From: Candidatus Undinarchaeota archaeon
Lineage (GTDB): Archaea; SpSt-1190
DNA length: 18,622 nt
Assembly: GCA_964549355.1 (NCBI GenBank)
Contig: CAZJUS010000015.1
Coordinates: 1-18,622 of the forward strand
Reading direction: 5' to 3'
Shown piece after piece: positions 8,363 through 14,737 of this stretch. Numbering within the stretch: the stretch's first letter is position 1; each line of letters begins with the position of its first letter. The notes under the pieces were generated by a model. The model did no database searches and was not told where the DNA came from. It saw only the letters and a program-made list of their open reading frames with translations. The position numbers were made by a program, and so were the translations under genes.

Positions 8363-9252
8363 TGTCTTGACATGCTGCAGGCAACCTTGTCTATTGCATG
8401 GGCGATTTGCTCAGCAGGAGATGCAACCAGGTCTTCCAGCTCTTCATCAACCGGCTCAAAGCTTCCGCCCCGGCGGACATTCACAACGGGGTCGTTTGAG
8501 ACCCGCGAAACTGCACCGCAGAATTTGCCGTCCACTACATAGCACCGCACATCCCAGAACCTGCCGCCCTTCAATTCCAAGTCAATTCGGTTCTGCATCA
8601 CCATCGGCTCTCTGAATCTGGGGAATTCACTGGGGAAGTCCTCCCAGACATTCACGCCTTTCCCGCCCCATCCGAAGATGGGCTTGAGCACGACACCGTT
8701 TTTGAATTTTTCCAGCACCTGCTTTGAAATCCTCTCCGCTCCCGCTCCGGAGAAGACCATAAAGTTTTCAGGGGTCCTGACATCGGTCAGATTCCGGACT
8801 ATCATAGCGGACAAGTGCTTGTCTGTGGTTATGCGGATGGCCTCTCTTGGGTTGGCCATGAAAGCATTGCCGTTGTAGACCTGTGCAAAGCTGAGCAGAT
8901 TGAACAGAAGAGCGTTGGGTGTGAATGTGGCTCCTTTTTCGTCCACCAGCTCAGGGGTGCGGTAGTCCTGATACTCAAAATAGCATTGGTGGGTTGGGAA
9001 GAATCGGTTGAGCTGCTCCAGCTTCCAGTCGTTGCCGGCATCTTTTTCTTTCCTGCGCACTACAATTGCAGCTTCCGGCCTGCCCCGGACTCTCCTGCCC
9101 ACGACCTTGGCAAGCTCTTCGATTGGTTTGGTCATGCCGGTGCCCATCAAAAGCTTGGCGCCGGGAGCCGAGTTGGCTTCGATAAAGACCGGTTCATTCT
9201 GCTTGTCAATTATGAAATCAATTCCGCCGATTATGAATTTTTTGGTCCCCAT
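8359..9252 (-). CDS. Circularly permuted RimK-like ATP-grasp ligase
   Basis: Has NP..AI..TTDK, VRTP, VVLKPIFGWGGKGV, MVMQNRI, DVRCYVVDGK and NVRRGG. The normally C-terminal GIDF...PVFIEANSAPG segment is at residues about 10-31. Start abuts the upstream stop (TGA-ATG) with a GGAGTG SD. Confidence 0.85.
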   Translation of the reverse strand: MGTKKFIIGGIDFIIDKQNEPVFIEANSAPGAKLLMGTGMTKPIEELAKVVGRRVRGRPEAAIVVRRKEKDAGNDWKLEQLNRFFPTHQCYFEYQDYRTPELVDEKGATFTPNALLFNLLSFAQVYNGNAFMANPREAIRITTDKHLSAMIVRNLTDVRTPENFMVFSGAGAERISKQVLEKFKNGVVLKPIFGWGGKGVNVWEDFPSEFPRFREPMVMQNRIDLELKGGRFWDVRCYVVDGKFCGAVSRVSNDPVVNVRRGGSFEPVDEELEDLVASPAEQIAHAIDKVACSMSRH

Positions 9253-10008
9253 TCACTCCACCCACTCCTTTGCAACCCGGGCAATTGCAACTGCCAGCTG
9301 TTCGTATTCACTGGAAGGTTCCTGTTCACTCCTGCCTTTTTTATTGAATTCGACAAGGGCGCCCCGGACCGGTTTGTGGACGTGAGACTTCAGCACATAG
9401 TCGCTTTCACCCGTCAGCCTCTTCCAGGATATGCCAACTTTGAGTCCGGGGTTTTTTGGGAGGGTGCGGACGACCATCGACCTGAATTTGTGGGCATTGA
9501 CAAGTCCGCCGATATACTGCTTCCTCCTGCCGAAGCCGAGCAGGACATCGTATTTTTTGTTCATCATGCCGTGGTAGGTGAGTATGAATTTCGGCCTTAT
9601 TTCATCGATTTTTTTGTGGAATTTTTCAAGCAGAGGCCTGCCGGAGGTGTCGGCATGCACTGGCATCAGGACGGGATGTTCAAGCCGGCTGTGGCCCAGG
9701 CGTGCAGTAATTCCCCTGCCCAAATCTTCCGGGCTTCTTGCAAAATCCACTTTGTTGCGGGGAATCCGGGAGACCATCAGATGCCCGCCGATTTCCCGGG
9801 CGGCTTTTGCAGCCAGGATATCGGTGGCCCATTCACACATATTGAAAATTACAGTTTTCCCTTCTGCCTTCCATTCAATTTTTTCCCCGCCGATGTGGGG
9901 CGCAACAATCAGCACTGGAGCCTCTCCAAATTTGTAATGTTCAACTTTCGGACCAATCTTTTTCCGTTCAGCACCTTCCGTAATTTTTTTGAACTGGCTC
10001 CACGCCAC
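9253..10008 (-). CDS. N-formylglutamate amidohydrolase-like (Zn-exopeptidase fold) hydrolase
   Basis: PVLIVAPHIGG, EWATD, SRIPRNKVDFAR, FHKKI, ILTYHG, DVLLG and LVEFNK line up in order with FGase/HutG-type motifs (PH; D/E..TD; R..D.NR; H; D..LG; E). GGAGGT SD before the GTG. Confidence 0.7.
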   Translation of the reverse strand: MAWSQFKKITEGAERKKIGPKVEHYKFGEAPVLIVAPHIGGEKIEWKAEGKTVIFNMCEWATDILAAKAAREIGGHLMVSRIPRNKVDFARSPEDLGRGITARLGHSRLEHPVLMPVHADTSGRPLLEKFHKKIDEIRPKFILTYHGMMNKKYDVLLGFGRRKQYIGGLVNAHKFRSMVVRTLPKNPGLKVGISWKRLTGESDYVLKSHVHKPVRGALVEFNKKGRSEQEPSSEYEQLAVAIARVAKEWVE

Positions 10009-10012
10009 AAGA

Positions 10013-10897
10013 TTACCTCCAGAAAGCTCCCTGCCTCCTAAGGTGCTTCACAATCTCATCAGCAATATTTTTTGAGGTTGCTTTTTCCAGACCCTGAAAC
10101 TGTGCATTCACATTGGCCTCAATTACAACCGGGCCGTCCGGCCCCTGCATTATATCAATCCCGCAGATATCCATTCCGAGAATTCTTGCAGATTTGAGTG
10201 CCATTCTTTTCTCCTCACGACTCGGTTCGTATTTTACACCTACGCCGCCGATTCCAATATTGGAGCGCATTTCACCTTCTTTTGCCTTCCTTTTCATGCT
10301 CCCAACAATTTTTCCTCCGACAATATAAATCCGAATATCCTCGCCTTTATTGGGGGAATTCACAAATTCCTCCACAAAAATGGGCTCCTTGAATCTTTCC
10401 AGTGCATCCATTACGCTGACTGCAGACTGCTTCGAATCTGCAAACATGACTCCTGCACCTTTCGAACCATAGAGCAGTTTCATGACAATGGGATATTCCA
10501 TTTCATTCAAGGCCTGCTCAAGAGTTTCCCTTTTCACTGCCATATGGGTTTCAGGAACCGGAATACCCCTTTCCTGCAAAGCCAGCAAAGTCAAAAACTT
10601 GTTGTGGGACAGAATGAGGGATTCGGGTTGAATCGGCAGGCGTTTGCCCTTTTCCTGGAGCAGGCCCAGGATGGTGCTCCCGAAATTTTTATATGTGCGC
10701 GGAATCCTGGGATAAATCACATCATAGTTGAAGAGGCTTTTGTTTTTGTATGTCAGTTCAAAACTGCCCTTCCGAATCTCGACGTTGATTTGCGGTATGG
10801 CAAAATAGCTCACGCTGCTGAAGACCTTGCCGGCCTCCTCGATTATCCTGATTTCTTCATAGCTTCTGTTAAGGGGGCCCAATATTGCCAATTTCAT
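10013..10897 (-). CDS. rimK: RimK/LysX-family ATP-grasp alpha-L-glutamate ligase (intact)
   Basis: DVIYPRI, NKF, GIPVPET, YPIVMKLLYGSKGAGV, EEFV, EDIR, RSNIGIGG and CGIDI...VIEAN. The ATG at 10897 has a GAGGTG SD and is preferred over the ORF-track start at 10936. The symbol is family-level only. Confidence 0.9.
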   Translation of the reverse strand: MKLAILGPLNRSYEEIRIIEEAGKVFSSVSYFAIPQINVEIRKGSFELTYKNKSLFNYDVIYPRIPRTYKNFGSTILGLLQEKGKRLPIQPESLILSHNKFLTLLALQERGIPVPETHMAVKRETLEQALNEMEYPIVMKLLYGSKGAGVMFADSKQSAVSVMDALERFKEPIFVEEFVNSPNKGEDIRIYIVGGKIVGSMKRKAKEGEMRSNIGIGGVGVKYEPSREEKRMALKSARILGMDICGIDIMQGPDGPVVIEANVNAQFQGLEKATSKNIADEIVKHLRRQGAFWR

Positions 10898-11777
10898 TGC
10901 CAATCCACCTCGCAATTGCAGCAAATCCCTTCGCAATTTTGCCGATTACATCTTCAACTGAAAGCTCCTTCTCGCGGACGCATTCACCAATAACCGATAC
11001 CATTTTTACTGCAGGGTCCTGCCCCCCGACTTGTTGGAATATCTTGAAGTTGGGGTAAAGCAGGACTTTGCTGATTATGAATCTTCCGCCCGTCTTTACA
11101 AAAATTATTGAGCAAAAATCTGTGCGCAATGTCTCCCTTACTTTTATTGCGGTTTCCTTCATGTCTTGATTGATGTTGATTGATTTTCTTTTGCCCTTCA
11201 CATTCTCATATGCAATGCAATCATTGCCTGCAACAAAAACTACCGTCGTCGTATCTGTCTTGATGGGCTTCTGCATCACCATCATATTCCCGGGTCCAAA
11301 AAGTGAAAGAACTCCTTTAAGCGTATTTTCATTGTTCACAAGGACCCGCTTGCCCCCCGGAGCATTCACAATAACCGGAAATTTGAAATTCTCAACAATT
11401 GCATTGCATGCAACATCCTGGGCGACTGCGAATGTCTTTCGGATGGGGAGCCCTGCCGATGCCAGCTTCTGGAGGGTCAATGGGTGATTCCAGAAAGAAA
11501 GCAGGGTTTCGCTTCTGACGGAAACATTGGTTTTTTTTTCAAGAGAGCGGGCAATGGCATAATAAATTTCCTTCCGCGGGGCGTCAGGCAGGATCAGCAC
11601 ATAGTCAAAATCTGCCAAATCATACTTTTTGTAGGTGGTCTTGATGCCGTCCCCGACCGAGATTTTTACTTCATCAAAGGGGGCGTAAACGGCCTTTCGA
11701 AACGCCTTCTCAAAAGCAGGCAGAATTCGGCTTTCTTCTTGCTTGGGACCTACAACTGCAACCCTCAGGCTGAACAC
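10869..11777 (-). CDS. Degenerate RimK-like ATP-grasp paralogue (probably catalytically inactive)
   Basis: Collinear with the adjacent RimK (DFDYVL, L.SAGLP, FPVIV, MVMQKPI, L.TDFCSI), but lacks the K-GxxGxG loop, DIR, RSN, GID and ExN residues. Overlaps the RimK start by 29 nt. Confidence 0.75.
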   Translation of the reverse strand: MFSLRVAVVGPKQEESRILPAFEKAFRKAVYAPFDEVKISVGDGIKTTYKKYDLADFDYVLILPDAPRKEIYYAIARSLEKKTNVSVRSETLLSFWNHPLTLQKLASAGLPIRKTFAVAQDVACNAIVENFKFPVIVNAPGGKRVLVNNENTLKGVLSLFGPGNMMVMQKPIKTDTTTVVFVAGNDCIAYENVKGKRKSININQDMKETAIKVRETLRTDFCSIIFVKTGGRFIISKVLLYPNFKIFQQVGGQDPAVKMVSVIGECVREKELSVEDVIGKIAKGFAAIARWIGNEIGNIGPP

Positions 11778-11879
11778 ACCAGTTTTCTTGCCACCCCTCT
11801 AAAAGCTTTAGCCCCGTAGAAAGGTTTAAAACGGAGTTAATTTCGGGGAATCCGCCTATCAATTACGCCCGGCTGACAG

Positions 11880-12926
11880 CTACTGCTCCAGAATAGCATC
11901 CACCCTTTCTTTGAAATCCGCCATTCTTTCCCTGAAATTCGAAAAACACTGCCATGTGCCGTTTGAGTCCATGCATAAGTCTTCAGAAGACATAAACAAT
12001 AGCCAGCCGAGGAAGGGTTCTCTATAGAGCCGGTCGCCTATGGTCAAGTTTCCCGACCTGTTGACCCAATACATCTCTGCATAGTTCTGCGGTTCAATCA
12101 GATAGCAATCATCCAGCAGAGCGTCCACATCTCTGCCGAGCTTGACATCCTCTGTCAAATTGAAATTGCAGATGGCGTTTATGCAGTGCCCCGAACTTTC
12201 GGAAGAATAGCAGACAACATAGACATTCGAGCCTTCGATTTCAATTGTCTCTGCCCCGGACAAATACCAATCCCCCACTATAGTGAATCGGCCGTCCGCG
12301 GAGTCGGTCCATGTTGTGAACGGGCGGTCAAATTTTCCATGGAGATAGTTGGCCTCTGCCATGAACAGGGTTGCCAGGTCTTCACAATCCCCCCCGCCCC
12401 TGGAAAGCGTGAAATTGTTGGGCTGGATGAAGTCCCCCTTGCCGATATCGCTGTCGTTCAAATATTCAATTTTGTACATTACCGCATTGCGGAACCAAAT
12501 GCAGGGAAGCCGTATGGTTGCGCCGGCGCAGTCTTCAATGTCGGAGAGCTCCTTTGACAGGTCAGGGGACAGGTTCGAATTTGCTTTGAACCAACCAAAA
12601 TAGGAATCGAGCTGATCTTCCATGGCCTGAAATTCGCCTCTAAGCGACTGCAGTTCGTCTCTCTGCCGCAGTATGGTGCTGTTGAAATCCTCTTCAAGCC
12701 TGCCGACTCTGGGAATCAAATCCAATATATCCTGCCGGGCCTCTTGCTGCATGGAGAACAGCCGGGATATGTTAGCTTCCATAGCCGTTCTCGCAGTATT
12801 GAGAACCTTCAGCTCCTCACGGACCTCGAAATAACATATCGTGACTGCCAGCAGCCAGACCGCTGCGAAAGCAGATACGATTTTCCATTTGCTCCCCTTC
12901 GAATCAACAACAGCTTTTTCGGGCAC
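11880..12926 (-). CDS. Membrane-anchored coiled-coil protein with a transglutaminase-like Cys domain
   Basis: N-terminal TM helix (IVSAFAAVWLLAVTICYF) and a heptad-rich segment. These are followed by FIQP..TL..GGGDCEDLA, GHCINA and LIEPQ, which fit a Cys-His-Glu/Asp triad. The extracellular part is rich in Cys and N-x-S/T sequons. Confidence 0.75.
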   Translation of the reverse strand: MPEKAVVDSKGSKWKIVSAFAAVWLLAVTICYFEVREELKVLNTARTAMEANISRLFSMQQEARQDILDLIPRVGRLEEDFNSTILRQRDELQSLRGEFQAMEDQLDSYFGWFKANSNLSPDLSKELSDIEDCAGATIRLPCIWFRNAVMYKIEYLNDSDIGKGDFIQPNNFTLSRGGGDCEDLATLFMAEANYLHGKFDRPFTTWTDSADGRFTIVGDWYLSGAETIEIEGSNVYVVCYSSESSGHCINAICNFNLTEDVKLGRDVDALLDDCYLIEPQNYAEMYWVNRSGNLTIGDRLYREPFLGWLLFMSSEDLCMDSNGTWQCFSNFRERMADFKERVDAILEQ

Positions 12927-13025
12927 ATTCAGGACCGGACGGAAACTTTATACATTTAACGGAAGGCTATTGTGATTTGTTCTTGTATTTGAATAATTTT
13001 AAAAGTCCTAGAGATTAATAAAACA

Positions 13026-13664
13026 ATGGGAGTTTTGGAAATCGTATCAATTTTATTTGAAACAATTTTTAAATTATTCGATTCGCCAGAAAAAGCATTA
13101 GAGGTGGCAGCAGCCATTTTAACGTCGCAAACTGTGAAAGTTGTAATATATTCATTGTTATTCATTATATTCGGTTTGGTTACACTGGTTTTTCTTAAAT
13201 TAAAATACAAACTCGAATTTAAATGTATAGATCAGCTTCTCATGGCATTGTTTTTTGCACCGTTCTATTTTCTCTTTGGAGTGTTATTTTCAGGAATTAT
13301 TAAAGTTTCAAATGTTCTTTTTCTCGAAACAGGGATAAGTACTTTTGCAGAGGAGGCATATTCTGTAATTTCGGGGATGTTTTTTTTAGCCTTCTTCGTA
13401 TCGCAACTTGCTGAAAAAAAAGGACCAAAAAATTGTCTTTCAGCAATCTCAGAATTATTAAAAAATTTTTATCGAGCCATTTATATGGAATTTGTAACCT
13501 TTGTTATTTTATTTTTTGGAGTAGGGGTTAAAGTGATCAACCCATTTAATTTGGGAAAATTTTTCGGCATTTTTTTCACAATAATTGGTTTGGTTTTTTT
13601 GGGAAAAATATACAAAGCAGATCTTCCAAACAAAATTTTTAAGTTTATAAAAGGGGAAACTTAA
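13026..13664 (+). CDS. AT-rich multi-pass membrane hypothetical protein
   Basis: 212-aa ORF with about 5 hydrophobic segments in a visibly AT-rich stretch. Confidence 0.7.
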   Translation: MGVLEIVSILFETIFKLFDSPEKALEVAAAILTSQTVKVVIYSLLFIIFGLVTLVFLKLKYKLEFKCIDQLLMALFFAPFYFLFGVLFSGIIKVSNVLFLETGISTFAEEAYSVISGMFFLAFFVSQLAEKKGPKNCLSAISELLKNFYRAIYMEFVTFVILFFGVGVKVINPFNLGKFFGIFFTIIGLVFLGKIYKADLPNKIFKFIKGET

Positions 13665-13699
13665 AGATATCTGACCAACAACAAGTATGCTGAAAGTTC

Positions 13700-13762
13700 T
13701 GGCAGCAGTTTAGTTGGTAGAATGCCAGCTTCGCAAGTCAGGGATTCAAATCCCGCAGTCCA
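13700..13762 (+). pseudogene. Degenerate copy of tRNA-Ala(CGC)
   Basis: 13707-13739 matches tRNA-Ala 14569-14601 at 31/33 nt, including the anticodon loop TTCGCAA. It continues gggattcaaatccc (T-arm-like) and cagtcca (identical 3' end). The 3' anticodon stem and variable loop are deleted and the acceptor stem is broken. Confidence 0.85.
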
Positions 13763-13777
13763 TTTGGCTCAACTTTA

Positions 13778-14194
13778 TCATAATAACTCTTTTCGAGAAG
13801 CTTCAATAAGAGTTCCAGAATTATCACAAACCAATACAGTAGACAGTTGCCCTTGCGGTCCTTTCAATTTTATTGCAAATAAAACTAAGGGAAATTTTTG
13901 AGCTGAAATGTCCACAGGTACCTGTAAAAATGTTTTCCAAGTATCAAAAAAAGTTTCAGCTTCAACTACATTTTCAAATTTTTCGTAAGTTATTATTGAA
14001 ATTGAAATTCCATACTTTTGTTGAGATATTCGCTGAAGATTTTTAAAATCACCAAGACATTTGGAAATCAAAGGGTCGGAGGAACCAAAAAAAGAGCTAA
14101 CACTGATCTGGAGTTGATGAAATGTCTCAGGAAATGCAAGCCAAAGACCCACGCCAATAATGGCACTTATCAGCAACAGTTTAAGAACCGTCAT
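13778..14194 (-). CDS. AT-rich hypothetical protein with an N-terminal signal/TM helix
   Basis: ATG at 14194 is preceded by GAGGAG. Hydrophobic LLLISAIIGVGLWLAF is followed by a small soluble domain with two Cys. Confidence 0.7.
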   Translation of the reverse strand: MTVLKLLLISAIIGVGLWLAFPETFHQLQISVSSFFGSSDPLISKCLGDFKNLQRISQQKYGISISIITYEKFENVVEAETFFDTWKTFLQVPVDISAQKFPLVLFAIKLKGPQGQLSTVLVCDNSGTLIEASRKELL

Positions 14195-14254
14195 AACATC
14201 TCTCCTCAAGATTAATATATTTAACTTTCATAAAAACGTTCCGAAATGGATTAA

Positions 14255-14389
14255 TTAAGCCGGTTCCTCTTTGAGTTTTTGTTCAATTTCCTTCAAAGTA
14301 ATGTCCGCCGTCCGGATTTCAAAAGCATAGCCGGCCTCTTTCATCAATGTCTGCCTCAGAAATGAACTTGAGCCGAGGATGAGCTTCAT
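14255..14389 (-). pseudogene. maf: Truncated Maf-family nucleotide pyrophosphatase fragment (44 aa)
   Basis: Manual translation MKLILGSSSFLRQTLMKEAGYAFEIRTADITLKEIEQKLKEEPA*. The first 30 aa match the Maf N-terminal signature LIL(A/G)S.S..R..L....G..F.....DI(DE). Full Maf is about 190 aa. Not in the ORF track. Confidence 0.75.
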
Positions 14390-14395
14390 GCCATA

Positions 14396-14464
14396 CGACC
14401 AAACGAGCCTTTAAAAAATGCGTAGCATGACCAAAACGAGCTTTTAAAAAAAGCTCGACCAAAA
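14396..14464. repeat. Repeated gaccaaa(a)cgagc-tttaaaaaa motif with a module-C hairpin; overlaps probable TATA boxes
   Basis: gaccaaa(a) occurs at 14397, 14429 and 14457. Hairpin cgagcttttaaaaaaagctcg at 14437-14457. Confidence 0.6.
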
Positions 14465-14470
14465 TTTGCA

Positions 14471-14537
14471 TACTGGTGAGCAAAGCGAACCTACTGGTGA
14501 GCAAAGCGAACCTACTGGTGAGCAAAGCGAACCAGTA
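14471..14537. repeat. Perfect 3 x 21-bp tandem repeat (tactggtgagcaaagcgaacc), module A family
   Basis: Units at 14471-14491, 14492-14512 and 14513-14533. The following agta closes a tactggt...accagta stem. No spacers. Confidence 0.95.
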
Positions 14538-14560
14538 TCAAGTGTCAACTGATTTCAGTT

Positions 14561-14633
14561 GGGCTGGTAGTTTAGTTGGCAGAATGCCGGCTTCGCAAGT
14601 CGGTGGTCGGGGGTTCGACTCCCCCCCAGTCCA
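14561..14633 (+). tRNA. tRNA-Ala: tRNA-Ala (CGC)
   Basis: GGGCTGG TAGTTTAGTTGGCAGAATG CCGGC TTCGCAA GTCGG TGGTC GGGGG TTCGACT CCCCC CCAGTCC A. Anticodon CGC, G3:U70 Ala identity pair, no encoded CCA. Confidence 0.96.
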
Positions 14634-14634
14634 A

Positions 14635-14737
14635 CAAACTCTCACCGAGTTTGACCAGGGTGGCTGTCCTCCGGACAGCCAGAAAAGATATGCTGCCTGC
14701 CGGAGGCAGGCAACGTGGTCAACCTTCGCCAAGGTTG
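14635..14737. repeat. Hairpin cluster downstream of tRNA-Ala, including a module B copy
   Basis: Hairpins caaactctcaccgagtttg (14635-14653), ggctgtcctccggacagcc (14662-14680), tgcctgccggaggcaggca (14694-14712) and caaccttcgccaaggttg (14720-14737). Confidence 0.8.

Noticed and set aside
8815..10041. 408-aa plus-strand ORF
   Set aside because: It is an antisense shadow of the motif-bearing ATP-grasp and amidohydrolase genes and has no recognisable features.
10013..10897. Specific assignment as LysX/ArgX, CofF or MptN
   Set aside because: No lysW/arg/lys or F420/methanopterin genes are nearby, and motifs alone cannot resolve the substrate.
10898..10936. N-terminal extension of RimK from the TTG at 10936
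   Set aside because: The ATG at 10897 has a GAGGTG SD and gives a typical MKLAIL start. The extension lies inside the upstream gene.
13700..13762. Functional second tRNA-Ala
   Set aside because: The acceptor stem cannot form fully, and the 3' anticodon stem and variable region are deleted.
14471..14537. CRISPR array
   Set aside because: The 21-bp units are head-to-tail with no spacers, and there are no cas genes in the window.
13700..14633. Active integrative element with attL/attR at tRNA-Ala
   Set aside because: No integrase or transposase is present. The copy is a degenerate near-full-length gene upstream, not an exact 3'-end duplication.
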